Shown: positions 8,149 to 18,241 of the stretch, piece after piece | Layout: each line of letters starts with the position of its first letter | Numbering within the stretch: the first letter of the stretch is position 1 | Sequence record: NC_070957.1 | Direction: 5' to 3' (one strand) | Length of the DNA: 64,000 bases | The notes under the pieces: generated by a model | The model's database searches: none | The model's input: the letters and a program-made list of their open reading frames with translations, nothing else | What the model was told of the DNA's origin: nothing | Position numbers and translations under genes: made by a program

Positions 8149-11067
8149 TTATGATCTTGGCATGTGGCGCTTGAACATTATCTCGATGGACTCTTTGATT
8201 GTCAGGAGTTGGTCAGAGGTCTGATCCAGTTCCTTACGTACAGAGAAACCATTCGTGTCATCGATGTTGGTGATAACGTCAACCGGTTCGTTACCGGCAG
8301 TTGCGATTATCTTAACGTCGAGCACGTCACTGGATTTAAGGACACGAGTGAGCTCAGAAACACTGAAGGTCTTGCTACGAAGGTGTTCGTTGGTTACCTG
8401 GTGAGTGTTCTTAATCAAACTGTTCTTCAGGTCATTGTCAGCCATACCCTCGTCATTGAGGTAGTAAGTGACAGTAAACCCGATGTCGGTACGAATGGTT
8501 TTCTCGATACCCTCGTTGAGGATAACCTGAGTAAAGCCCATCGTGGACCGAGGTTTAAACAGTATCGTGGTTTCATCCAGTGTGGACTTGTTCAGATCAG
8601 TCAACCAGTCGTTAACTTCGTTAGCGAAGAAGTCTTCTACCAACCCGACGTAAGTGGCGTCGTACTCATCCTGACTGAGCAGGTAGTTGAAGTCAAACCC
8701 GATGAAGTCCCAATGGTACTTCAGGAGTCTCGGATGGAGAAGTACTGGTTTATCATCCTGATCGTAAACAGTAGTGCCTTTCTCATGTTCCCAAACCGGA
8801 GAACCATCGGCGTTATACCGAGTTTCACCAGCCTTGTGTTCAAGGACTGCTTTCCCGTCTACAATGACCAGTTTCCCGTTTTCGTACTTGTACACATCTT
8901 CCTTGTAAACAGCAGGAACGTTGTCAGTGTACTTCGCGTACTGAGCTGGTCCGATAATCGGTCTGATCCGTGCATAAAGCGAACTGAGTCGTTTACCAAA
9001 TTGAACACGGTATTCCGTTTCAATAATGGCTACACTCAACTGCTCGAACAGAGACTGATCGATTTTACCGTCAGAGGGAGAACGGAGAACTTGTCCATCA
9101 CCAGCATAGGTAAAGATAAACGTGGCGATCTCTTCCAGTTTGACACGGACTTCATCTTGAGGACGTCCAAACTGTTGGAAACCACGAAGGTCTATCTCGT
9201 CACGATCTGTGATGTCGAAACGACTAGGGATCTTGAATTCCCATACACGTTCCTTATCCTTGTTCAGACCTTTCAATTTACCACGGATAGAAGCCAGTGC
9301 GTTGGAACCTTCAGTGTTCAAAGACATCTGAATTCCAACAGATGTGTCGGCGAGCTTCTTATATGCTTCAGAGGACTTGGTGACTATACCAATCGTGTAA
9401 CCTTCCTCATCCACAGTGATGTTGATCTGACCGATCCCGGCCTGGATACCCAGAGATGCGTTTTCATACCGGAAGGTCTGGTAACGAATCTGAGGGCGAT
9501 CGGTTCTGTACGTTCTGATGGACGCACGGTTGTCAGATGTATCGATCACATACATGAACGGAGTGTAGACCAATGAACGCTCACCAGACACATCAATCTT
9601 GGTTTGGTTCCCAGCCCGCTTCAACTGCTCGATTTCATACTTGGGGACGAACCGAGCCGTTTGTTCAGTAATGTCGAATACAGCACCACGAGGTATAGTG
9701 ATGCGGCGTCCATTGTCGATAGCATTAGCCGTGCTGATCAGTTCTTCCAACGATGCCAGATGGGTACCAGTGTAGGTGCCAATAGAGCTGTTGAAACGAG
9801 CCAGAGATTCATCTTCGAACAACTTGGTTTCCTGGATAGGAAGGTCCTTAGTGGTTCGGTAAAGACGGTTAGTTACAAAGTCAATGGACTTAACCGAGTC
9901 GTAACCATTCCGCAACAGGGTTTGGGTGAGGTCGCTGTTACTAACTGGTACCTGGCGTCGACGATGGCGATAGACGACCATATTCTTGAGCTCTTGGAAA
10001 CTAGCGCTATCCAGACCACCCACCACAGGTTCGATTGTGTCCAGTGTCACTGTACTCGCGGAACGAAGCGGGACGCTATAACCAGACAACTTACCTTGGG
10101 GGTTGCTGTAGTCATAGTAAGCGTACGTGTGCTCCTTCGTCCTCAGCGTCGAGAGATCCTGATTCATTTTACCACGAGTGGTGTAGGTGAGAATCGTGAT
10201 GCGACCGAGTGCCATTCCGTTCTGAAGATAAACAGAAGGAATAGACGCCTCATAGACACCATCCCGGATCATATCGATAGTCAGGGTCGGCATTGCCGGA
10301 TCGAAGACGTCATTGTTGAACACAACAGCCATCTCGCTACGACGGGTACTCCCATCAGGAGTGATGAACGCCCTAACGGCATAAAGCTTGTCGTTGTAAT
10401 CGATCCGATCCCGGAAACCCACCGCCATGTTAACAGCCGTAGCCGGTTTCTCTTTCACCTCCAATTGACGTACAGGAAGATGAATAGAGAGATAACGCTG
10501 ATCATCGATGTTCAGCTCTTCGTAACGAGGTGAGTTGGAGGAGAGAGGATACAGCGGGGACTGTTTTTCAGAGTTGTAAACAATCTGAAGTCCACCGTGT
10601 TCCATCAACCGGATCTCGACCGGATTTTCCAGCAGGAAGGGAATACCCGCGACCGTGAAGATGGTGTCGGACGGGAGTTCCAGCTTACGGTAGTTGTTAA
10701 CAGCAGTCCCGACTACCTCAGTGAAGGGGAGAGCACGCTTCTCCAATTCATCCATGGCGATCATCCAACGGAACGTAGTGCCGCTGGGTTCGGCAAATAC
10801 ACCGTACCAATCTTCGTCACTCATGTTAGCAGCCAGATCGGCAATAGTTCTTGCATGAGTGGGGAAACGCTTGGCAATGCCGTCACCATTGCGCACTGCA
10901 AAGTTGTACTGGGTTGCCACGATCATATCGAGAGCATAGGAGAACGGATGCCCGGCTGCGTTAATCGAACCAGGTCCTGTTCCCAAGGCATCTTCGATTT
11001 CTTGGAAGCAGCGGTTGATAGCACGTGCCGGGTTATTCCGATATCGCTCTAAATCATCATAAGTCAT
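8149..11067 (-). CDS. Virion structural protein, probable baseplate wedge (phiKZ gp087-like), 972 aa
   Basis: Size, strand, beta-rich composition and remembered synteny; T4 gp6-like role is inference. Confidence 0.6.
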   Translation of the reverse strand: MTYDDLERYRNNPARAINRCFQEIEDALGTGPGSINAAGHPFSYALDMIVATQYNFAVRNGDGIAKRFPTHARTIADLAANMSDEDWYGVFAEPSGTTFRWMIAMDELEKRALPFTEVVGTAVNNYRKLELPSDTIFTVAGIPFLLENPVEIRLMEHGGLQIVYNSEKQSPLYPLSSNSPRYEELNIDDQRYLSIHLPVRQLEVKEKPATAVNMAVGFRDRIDYNDKLYAVRAFITPDGSTRRSEMAVVFNNDVFDPAMPTLTIDMIRDGVYEASIPSVYLQNGMALGRITILTYTTRGKMNQDLSTLRTKEHTYAYYDYSNPQGKLSGYSVPLRSASTVTLDTIEPVVGGLDSASFQELKNMVVYRHRRRQVPVSNSDLTQTLLRNGYDSVKSIDFVTNRLYRTTKDLPIQETKLFEDESLARFNSSIGTYTGTHLASLEELISTANAIDNGRRITIPRGAVFDITEQTARFVPKYEIEQLKRAGNQTKIDVSGERSLVYTPFMYVIDTSDNRASIRTYRTDRPQIRYQTFRYENASLGIQAGIGQINITVDEEGYTIGIVTKSSEAYKKLADTSVGIQMSLNTEGSNALASIRGKLKGLNKDKERVWEFKIPSRFDITDRDEIDLRGFQQFGRPQDEVRVKLEEIATFIFTYAGDGQVLRSPSDGKIDQSLFEQLSVAIIETEYRVQFGKRLSSLYARIRPIIGPAQYAKYTDNVPAVYKEDVYKYENGKLVIVDGKAVLEHKAGETRYNADGSPVWEHEKGTTVYDQDDKPVLLHPRLLKYHWDFIGFDFNYLLSQDEYDATYVGLVEDFFANEVNDWLTDLNKSTLDETTILFKPRSTMGFTQVILNEGIEKTIRTDIGFTVTYYLNDEGMADNDLKNSLIKNTHQVTNEHLRSKTFSVSELTRVLKSSDVLDVKIIATAGNEPVDVITNIDDTNGFSVRKELDQTSDQLLTIKESIEIMFKRHMPRS

Positions 11068-11076
11068 TTCTTTTCC

Positions 11077-12153
11077 TTATTTACGCACCCACCAGGTGAG
11101 TTTGATACCATCACGCCCCACAGCACCATCTTGCCTACGGTCATTACGAACCGGCAGCAAAAGAGGATACGCACCAGAGTAACCGTATTCAAGATACTCA
11201 TCAGCAGAGAGTCTCCTGAAATACTGATCACGGGTCTTTGGTCGGATGTTGGGGTTGTACATGTAACTGTGTTCGTTAAAGGCTTGGATCAATCCAGGTT
11301 CGTTGAACCGCATCGCTGTGGAACTGAACTGAACCGAGAAGTCATCCTGCCCTTCCCCACGCAGTGAGTTTTGGGTGTTATCGATATTAGCCTGGGACCC
11401 TGATGGGAACGTCACAGGTATAGATTGAACTGTGGCGAATATTTGTTCCAGGAATTCACCGTCCTTATTCATGATAAGGTGGTAAATGCGTGTATCGTAA
11501 TCGATACGGTTCCCAAACAAATATTTAGCCCTTGGATAACAGCCCCGGTCACCACTTGTTACTTCAGAAATATAGGTCATCCAGTATTGGAACAGAGCCG
11601 GAATAACACTGGGTTTAGGGTTGAAGTAAGTCTGGTTCATAGAGTAAAGACCGTTCTCTTCCAGCTTACTCGCAACTCGTTGATAAACCTGTTCCCGCAT
11701 ACCAGGATCAGTGGTCTGGATTTGCATACTCAAATCACCGAAACCATTACTGGTTTTGAGGTAAGTTGTTAATGCAACGATGAATGGATTGGCATTATCA
11801 AGAGCCGGACACGGATTGGCGGCAGCCCACCGTTCATCCAGAGTCCCTCTTATATATGCACCGATAGAGTTACCAGATACGTCCTTCAAAACTTTCAAAC
11901 GCTCTGAACGTGCAATGACATCATCGATCAGATTCAGCTGGGGTCTGGTCACGAAGCTTAATCCTATGGTGTCATCAGCCAGCGGCATCATGGCCGGGCC
12001 TTTACCAAAGATCCTGAATGACCTTAAACTGTTCATCAACGGGGCATTTGTCCCCGGAGTTCCAGAGTCCAGTAAAGCTGCGTTGAATATGTCTTTGCTG
12101 TGTTCCAGGGTTTCCCCTGAATAGTTTGTAAAATCTTCCTTATTATCTTCCAT
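11077..12153 (-). CDS. Virion structural protein, possible tail-tube/baseplate junction protein (phiKZ gp088-like), 358 aa
   Basis: ORF track and synteny with the 972-aa gene; role is inference. Confidence 0.55.
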   Translation of the reverse strand: MEDNKEDFTNYSGETLEHSKDIFNAALLDSGTPGTNAPLMNSLRSFRIFGKGPAMMPLADDTIGLSFVTRPQLNLIDDVIARSERLKVLKDVSGNSIGAYIRGTLDERWAAANPCPALDNANPFIVALTTYLKTSNGFGDLSMQIQTTDPGMREQVYQRVASKLEENGLYSMNQTYFNPKPSVIPALFQYWMTYISEVTSGDRGCYPRAKYLFGNRIDYDTRIYHLIMNKDGEFLEQIFATVQSIPVTFPSGSQANIDNTQNSLRGEGQDDFSVQFSSTAMRFNEPGLIQAFNEHSYMYNPNIRPKTRDQYFRRLSADEYLEYGYSGAYPLLLPVRNDRRQDGAVGRDGIKLTWWVRK

Positions 12154-12181
12154 ACAAAATGTCTCTTCTAGGAGTTTCTAA

Positions 12182-13294
12182 ATGATACTTGAAGCCGTTT
12201 CGTTTGGTCAGATGCTCAGTACCGTAGCCAAGATCTTTGGTAAGGGTAAGGATCTGACTGACGCCATCGATCCCGTGCTGGATACCGCCGCTAAAGCGAT
12301 GAACCTGATGAACACGCGCAGTGTTTCACAGTCTGCATCCCGCACGCTCATCTCCCCTATGGTTGCGATCGAACGCGATCTGATCCACCAGGAGTACATG
12401 ACCGACGTCGTTACAGTCGTCAACATCCGTGACATCAAAGACGCCCTCTCCCACCTTGCTTTGCAGGGTGAAGTAGACGGTATCAAAATCAGTCACTTGA
12501 TCGATCAGATCAACCCCCGTCGTGCCGGTCTTCTGGCACTGTCCGGTCTGGAAGCTTTCGCCGGTAATGAGTCGGCAGCTCCTGTTCAGAATAAGGGAAC
12601 GAAGATCCCTGCGACAGGTAAAGAGTCTCCTCGTGTCAGCATTGGTGGCAAGGAATACTCCGACCTGACTACCTTCCAACCGCTCGCTGTAGGCCGGACA
12701 GTTATCGCTTCTGTACGGATCGGTAGTGGTAACCCGGTAGAGTTTCCGCTCAATTTCCGTCAGGTTCCAATTCCTGTCTCTTCAAATGATCTGGAAGCCA
12801 TCTTCTCGGCGGCTCGTTCTACCGATGGTTTCTTCGGTCGTATCAGCATGTTGCAGGGTGGTGAAATCACTCTTCCCGAGTTCCTCACTGGTACTGACGA
12901 GATCAAACGTGAATTCAATATTCGCATGAACGATCTCTCTGGTTATTACAGTGAAGCAATGGCTCGTGATAGCAACAACAAGAAAGCGGCACTGCGGACT
13001 GGTCTGGTCTCCATGAACACCATGGCTAACACCATCATCATGTCCAAGGCCACTGCCAACCAGATCGAGCTGGAACACGGTCTCCGTTTCGATCGTAACG
13101 GTATCACCAAGATCCGTCAGAAAGTGATGGCCAACACTATCGTTATCATCGATGACGACTCCGGACTGTTCACATTCTGGAACGCCGGCCAACCTCTGCC
13201 GGAACAGTACACTCGTCGCGAGATCCAGGTAACCGCTAAGAAGGATACCTCCATGGATCTGGCATCCCTCATGAAAATGTTCAACGGGCGGTAA
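12182..13294 (+). CDS. Head inner-body protein (phiKZ gp089-like), 370 aa
   Basis: SD TAGGAG; SGLEAFAGNES tandem G-x-E sites; synteny. Confidence 0.65.
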   Translation: MILEAVSFGQMLSTVAKIFGKGKDLTDAIDPVLDTAAKAMNLMNTRSVSQSASRTLISPMVAIERDLIHQEYMTDVVTVVNIRDIKDALSHLALQGEVDGIKISHLIDQINPRRAGLLALSGLEAFAGNESAAPVQNKGTKIPATGKESPRVSIGGKEYSDLTTFQPLAVGRTVIASVRIGSGNPVEFPLNFRQVPIPVSSNDLEAIFSAARSTDGFFGRISMLQGGEITLPEFLTGTDEIKREFNIRMNDLSGYYSEAMARDSNNKKAALRTGLVSMNTMANTIIMSKATANQIELEHGLRFDRNGITKIRQKVMANTIVIIDDDSGLFTFWNAGQPLPEQYTRREIQVTAKKDTSMDLASLMKMFNGR

Positions 13295-13297
13295 TAA

Positions 13298-14173
13298 ATG
13301 ATCCTGATCAAAAACACCAAGAAGGAAGATGTTTCTCTCCGTCTTGAAAACGAAATCAACTATGTCGGCGGTCTGCTCGATACCATTCGTCTTCTGAACA
13401 AGGTAAGTCCCGATCAGTGGAACAAGATGGCTGACTACGCCAACAGCAATGCTGTTATGAAATCCATCGAAGCCGGTGTCAAGAAAGGGATCCATCCCAA
13501 ACTGTCCACTGTCGATGCGATCTCCGCTGCACTGTCCAACCTGGCCATCTGGATGCCGAAGCTGAAGGATCGTCTCAAGAAGTCCAGTACCAAGACTTTC
13601 GATACCGAAACGATCACTTTCCGTGAACGCGGTATCCTGGACGCGATCTCCGCGGTGAACTTCTTCAACCGCTACGCTTCCATGTACCTGGACATCCTGC
13701 TGGACCAAGGTTACAAGAAGTCCGACATTTCCAAGTTGCTGACTCGTCACGACCTGACCTTCTTCAACGACACCGCCAAGCACTTCGTGACCATCCTGGT
13801 TCGTTTCAACCAGTCCGTTAAGGATCTGGAAGGGATGCTCGATGCACTGTCCGAAGAGCTGGCTGATGAAATGTCTGAACAGATCCTCGGTGAGACCACC
13901 GGTGCCGCTTCTGTCAGCATTCGTCATGGTCTGGCTCCGCACCAACTGAACCCGGTCTACTGGTATCGCCTGTGGCGGATGGAGCGTGACGTCAAGTCCA
14001 TCGAAGTCAACCAGAAGCGTATCGAGATCCTCGCTATGAAGATCGCGCGTCTGAATAACCAGCGCACTGGTCAGGATGATCCGGCACTGGATAACACCAT
14101 CAACATCTATCAAGACAAAATCATCAAGATGGATGCCGAGATCCGTGAAATCGTGGAGAAACACCGTGGCTAA
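13298..14173 (+). CDS. Head inner-body protein (phiKZ gp090-like), 291 aa
   Basis: ORF track, C-terminal coiled coil, biased codons, synteny. Confidence 0.6.
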   Translation: MILIKNTKKEDVSLRLENEINYVGGLLDTIRLLNKVSPDQWNKMADYANSNAVMKSIEAGVKKGIHPKLSTVDAISAALSNLAIWMPKLKDRLKKSSTKTFDTETITFRERGILDAISAVNFFNRYASMYLDILLDQGYKKSDISKLLTRHDLTFFNDTAKHFVTILVRFNQSVKDLEGMLDALSEELADEMSEQILGETTGAASVSIRHGLAPHQLNPVYWYRLWRMERDVKSIEVNQKRIEILAMKIARLNNQRTGQDDPALDNTINIYQDKIIKMDAEIREIVEKHRG

Positions 14174-14690
14174 AGAGTTCCGTCATGCTCGGTTCGGTAT
14201 GATCCCCAGTGATCTGTCCCAACCTATGATGGACATGAATGAACAGGTGTTCAAGAGCTTCCTCCGTAATTGTGGGACGGGAGCTCTCATGTCCAGCCTC
14301 GACAGTCATGTGGAGATCTTCTCCCTTGGCTCTCATTACATCGGCGATAACTTCCGTAACTGGCTGATCGCCAACTACTACAACGGTAAGGGCGTTCGTT
14401 CTGAACTGGTTAGCAAAATTGTTGCTTACATTCAGGGTGAAGTGACTGGCAATGCGGTGACCAATCAACTGAAGATTGATAACACCAAACTGACTTACGC
14501 TCCTCCCGGTAAGCAGATCGCTCAACCTATGTTGTTCAAGGTGGACGATTTCCGTTCCAAGAAAGATCCCGTGGAGCATGTCAACTTTAATGTGGTCAAG
14601 AACGAGCATATGTACGACTTCTTTGCTCTGATTGGTCCTGAAGGTTTGGCGCGTCTCTGCCTCAGCCTGGATGGTACTGCAAATGGATAA
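14166..14690 (+). CDS. Hypothetical protein, 174 aa (start revised to GTG 14166)
   Basis: GGAG at 14155-14158, 7 nt before an in-frame GTG overlapping the upstream stop region. Confidence 0.6.
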   Translation: MAKEFRHARFGMIPSDLSQPMMDMNEQVFKSFLRNCGTGALMSSLDSHVEIFSLGSHYIGDNFRNWLIANYYNGKGVRSELVSKIVAYIQGEVTGNAVTNQLKIDNTKLTYAPPGKQIAQPMLFKVDDFRSKKDPVEHVNFNVVKNEHMYDFFALIGPEGLARLCLSLDGTANG

Positions 14691-15951
14691 AGATCTCGAA
14701 ACCAAACTGTTAATGAGTGAGGTTTCTCTGGCCAAGATCGACGACGTGGAGAAAATGACCAAAGAAGCGAAAGCTGCTGTTCATAATCTCCGTACCGACG
14801 TTCGTGTCAAAGACCGGGTTGAAGAGATCCTCAAAGAAGTGGAATCTCGTCAGGACTATGAACTGACAACTTCCTTTATCCAACAAGTGGATTCCGAAAT
14901 CAATGAATATGGCCGGTCCAAGATTGGTCGTAATGGAATGATCAGTGTGGCTGGTACCGAAGCGTTCGGTCTCACCATCATGCCGCGTGATTGGCGTTCC
15001 AGTCGTCTGGAAGCACTGCGTGATCTCCTCGCCGATACTTATAAGAACATCAAGCGTTGGGCAAACCAACTCGAAGATTCCTTTAAGGATCGTTGGACTG
15101 AGATCTCCACCACTCTGGAAGTGATCAGAACGCGCGTAGACAACGTTGAAGAACACCTGGATATGGTTCAGGGTCTCCGGGACGAATGTCGCACTGTGAC
15201 GATCCCAGGCATCGTGGTGAAAGCACTGACCAAGGGTAGCGAACCTGTACCCAAGGATATCTCCAGTTCTGTCATCAAAGACATCAACTACTTTGCTTCA
15301 GTAATGAAGTTTGTTGAAGCCGAAGAAGTGCGTGTCAAGAACGCGATCACCAAGTATTTCGGTAACCCTAAGCTCAAAGACATGTCCAGCATGGTGTTTG
15401 GGATCCCCCGTATCTTGGACGTCAGAGTTAAGAGTGAAGACCAGTCTGATGTTGGTAAATACGTTGAAATGGCTAGCCGTCCGTTCCTGGAAGGTTTCCG
15501 TATCAACTGTAAGGCGATCGATCCTCGTTTCCTCAAGAACGGTTACGAGCCGGGTGCTGGTAACACCGACCTGGTGTCCATGATGGTTGAATGCGGAATC
15601 GACTTGCAGCGTGTTGAACGCCGTGAAAGCAAGGAAGAGACAATCAAAACTCTTACTCTTTCCGATCTCTTCACTCTGACTAGCGCTGTCAAGGACATGG
15701 TTCTTTACATTGAACGTGCCAATGACAAAGACAGTCCGCTCAACATGAACCCGTCTGAAGTCAAGGATAACCTGGCGACCCTGAAGAGTAACGAAGACGA
15801 GAAGGAGCGAGCCGATCACTATGTCGCCCTCGCCACCGATTACCAATTCCGTCTGAATGCACTCCGGGCTGACATTGCCAGTTATCTTACTGTTCTGACA
15901 AGTCATCTGCTCACGTTCATCACACTCAACCTGGAGTGTTACGATGCCTAA
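14683..15951 (+). CDS. Head/inner-body family protein, 422 aa (start revised to ATG 14683)
   Basis: ATG overlaps the upstream stop region; charged propeptide-like N-terminus then AGTEAF. Confidence 0.65.
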   Translation: MDKDLETKLLMSEVSLAKIDDVEKMTKEAKAAVHNLRTDVRVKDRVEEILKEVESRQDYELTTSFIQQVDSEINEYGRSKIGRNGMISVAGTEAFGLTIMPRDWRSSRLEALRDLLADTYKNIKRWANQLEDSFKDRWTEISTTLEVIRTRVDNVEEHLDMVQGLRDECRTVTIPGIVVKALTKGSEPVPKDISSSVIKDINYFASVMKFVEAEEVRVKNAITKYFGNPKLKDMSSMVFGIPRILDVRVKSEDQSDVGKYVEMASRPFLEGFRINCKAIDPRFLKNGYEPGAGNTDLVSMMVECGIDLQRVERRESKEETIKTLTLSDLFTLTSAVKDMVLYIERANDKDSPLNMNPSEVKDNLATLKSNEDEKERADHYVALATDYQFRLNALRADIASYLTVLTSHLLTFITLNLECYDA

Positions 15952-16906
15952 CATCAATGCAACCTTGGAAATCGCAATGCGTGAAATGCACTGTGGTTTC
16001 GTTGTGGATGGTAATGAGTCGTATCTCACCGATATGTTCTCGACTACCAAGACCGCTATTTTCAGTGCGGTTAAACAAGGTGCGGGTAAGGCCAGCGAAA
16101 GTCTTGTAAGAGCGTTGCGTAATGCTGATCAAGCTCTGCTCAAAGCAATCGGTGCACGCCGATTGCTTCTTTCCACAATGGTCAACCGTGCCAACCGTGA
16201 CGGCGTTAAAGAGGAAATCACTTTCCCGGCAGGTTTGCTGAGCCGGACAACTGTGAAAGGTTATCCCGGAGACATCGTCAAATCGATTGAAGTGTTGATG
16301 GAAGCTATCAAACAGGTAGCTGACTACGAACAAGACCTGGAAGGATTCTACGAGAAGCAACTCGCTCTCCTCAAATCTATCACCAAGATCAAGGACACCA
16401 AGGAAGCCGCCGAACTCATCACCAAACTGGATGATATGAAGCGACCCGCTCCCAAGTTCCCTGACAGTGTTAATTCTATGTCGAAGAGAACCAAGCTTTT
16501 GCCGGGTGGTCGTGACTTCGTTTACAACTCCGAGACTGATCGTTTCTCGATCGGTAACTCTGACGTTGATGCCAAGGATGAAACTACATCCTTTGCTAAG
16601 GAAGACATGATCCGTATTCTCGCTATGTTGAACAAACTTATCGAGACGTACACTTCCATCAGTAAGGCTAACGAGCGCTATGCAAAGCACGTTTCCGAAT
16701 TCAATACTGTGGTAGGTAAGAGCTTTTCTCACCTTGAAGGTCTCAAGGGTTCTGTTAGTGCCACTTTGCTGAACGATCTCTCCGGTCGTCTCAATGGTGA
16801 TGCTAGCACCTTTGCTTTCTATACCGGCTTCCTCCCCAAGGTAGTTTTGGTTGTAGACAATCATGTGGAAGAACTCACGTCCTTCTTAAGTAAACACTTT
16901 AATTAA
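15944..16906 (+). CDS. Head/inner-body family protein, 320 aa
   Basis: SD GGAG; DGNESY site; paralog cluster. Confidence 0.65.
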   Translation: MPNINATLEIAMREMHCGFVVDGNESYLTDMFSTTKTAIFSAVKQGAGKASESLVRALRNADQALLKAIGARRLLLSTMVNRANRDGVKEEITFPAGLLSRTTVKGYPGDIVKSIEVLMEAIKQVADYEQDLEGFYEKQLALLKSITKIKDTKEAAELITKLDDMKRPAPKFPDSVNSMSKRTKLLPGGRDFVYNSETDRFSIGNSDVDAKDETTSFAKEDMIRILAMLNKLIETYTSISKANERYAKHVSEFNTVVGKSFSHLEGLKGSVSATLLNDLSGRLNGDASTFAFYTGFLPKVVLVVDNHVEELTSFLSKHFN

Positions 16907-16958
16907 ACTGTTTCTCACTAAGTTCTGTTTTGAACGTTCATAACTGAAAGGAATAAAT

Positions 16959-18125
16959 ATGTCTCTGCATACTGTATTCGCTAGCGTTGCTGGCCAAGAA
17001 GACTCCAGCGTAGCTGTCGTTACCGAAGCTACCGTCGAGCAACTGGTTGAAGCCCAGGTTGAGGCCGAAGTAGCCGAAGCGACTGCCGAAGTAGCCGAAA
17101 TCGAGAAGGACATGGACAAGATCGAACTGTCCATGGACGCGATCGAAGACAAGGTTGAAGAGCTGGAAGAAGCCATCGAAGGCATGGAATCCATGCTGGC
17201 TGGTTCCGTCGAGTTCAACGCCGGTCTGTTCGCCCACCAGTTCGCCCAGGCTACCAAGATCGCCAACCGTTTCGGTGGTGAGCAAGTTGCCGTTCTGGGT
17301 GCCGAGTCCCTGGCTGATGCCGGTACTGCTCAGCTGAACGCTGTTGCCGGTATCGAATCCTTCAAGGAAAAGCTGTCCGCCGGTGCTAGCGCCGTCAAGG
17401 GCTTCTTCGTTGAGCTGTACAACAGCTTCATCAACTTCGTCACCGGTATCTTCAACAAGTACAAGGCCCTGGGTAACAAGGCTACCGCTCTGAAGACCAA
17501 GGTCGAAGCCAAGAAGGAATTCGAAGGCGAAGTCAAGCGTCCGAAGGCTGCTGGCTGGGTTGCCGCTGATGGTAAGGGTCCGGATGTTGCCGCTCTGATG
17601 AGCAAGGTCCTGTCCGACGCCGATTCCGTTGCCACCGGTAAGTGGATGAAGGCTGCCGACGCAGTCAACTCCGTCAAGGCCATCGGTCAGTCCAGCCCGG
17701 CTGGTTCCACCGAAAACACTGCTACCTTCAAGGTACAGGTTGGTACCGGTGTTGTGACCTGCGTGGTTCCGAAGACTGAAGCCGGTCTGGGTTCCGCTGA
17801 CATCGCTGTTGGTTCCGCCTCCACCGATCTGACCGCCATCAAGTCCATGAGCAAAGAGGGCCTGGTCGGTCTGTGCAACAGCGTCTCCGCTGAAATCGGT
17901 AAGATCCAGAGCCAGAAGCTGGACGGTAAAGCCCTGGCCGCCAAGCGCGACAAGGTCATCGCCGAACTCGAGAAGTACCAGAAAGAGAACGGTGCCAAGA
18001 ACCAGTCCTACATCGCTGCTGCCCGTGCTGGCCACAAAGCCATCCTGCGCATCCAACGTGGTGTACTGAAGCTGGGTGAACAGATCCTGGGTGCCAAGCT
18101 GGCCCTGGTTGCTGCTCACGTCTAA
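16959..18125 (+). CDS. Abundant inner-body/ejection protein (phiKZ gp093 / SPN3US gp53-54 type), 388 aa
   Basis: Glu-rich propeptide, LGAESL and AGIESF sites, extreme codon bias like the capsid gene, own terminator. Confidence 0.75.
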   Translation: MSLHTVFASVAGQEDSSVAVVTEATVEQLVEAQVEAEVAEATAEVAEIEKDMDKIELSMDAIEDKVEELEEAIEGMESMLAGSVEFNAGLFAHQFAQATKIANRFGGEQVAVLGAESLADAGTAQLNAVAGIESFKEKLSAGASAVKGFFVELYNSFINFVTGIFNKYKALGNKATALKTKVEAKKEFEGEVKRPKAAGWVAADGKGPDVAALMSKVLSDADSVATGKWMKAADAVNSVKAIGQSSPAGSTENTATFKVQVGTGVVTCVVPKTEAGLGSADIAVGSASTDLTAIKSMSKEGLVGLCNSVSAEIGKIQSQKLDGKALAAKRDKVIAELEKYQKENGAKNQSYIAAARAGHKAILRIQRGVLKLGEQILGAKLALVAAHV

Positions 18126-18154
18126 GCTGACCTGGGAATAAAGCAATAAGTATT

Positions 18155-18189
18155 GGGGAGGAGAGAGCTTCGGCTCTCTCCTCCTCTTT
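18155..18189 (+). terminator. Intrinsic terminator
   Basis: GGGGAGGAGAGAGC-TTCG-GCTCTCTCCTCCTC-TTT (cUUCGg loop). Confidence 0.85.
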
Positions 18190-18212
18190 ACCGTCCTTTG
18201 TTTATTTTCAAG

Positions 18213-18221
18213 AATGCTATG
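18213..18221 (+). promoter_or_regulatory. Candidate late promoter AATGCTATG
   Basis: Matches 3978 and 29509; lies between a terminator and the next gene. Confidence 0.45.
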
Positions 18222-18241
18222 GCTTCTTATAGGAGGACATC

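Noticed and set aside
8164-11052. Long plus-strand ORFs (8164-9576, 9604-10533, 10597-11052) opposite the 972-aa gene
   Set aside because: Codon-aligned antisense shadows with atypical composition
12782-18146. Minus-strand ORFs of 250-460 aa opposite inner-body genes (e.g. 12782-14164, 15926-16864, 16938-18146)
   Set aside because: Same antisense artefact; the sense genes have SDs, coupling and protease motifs
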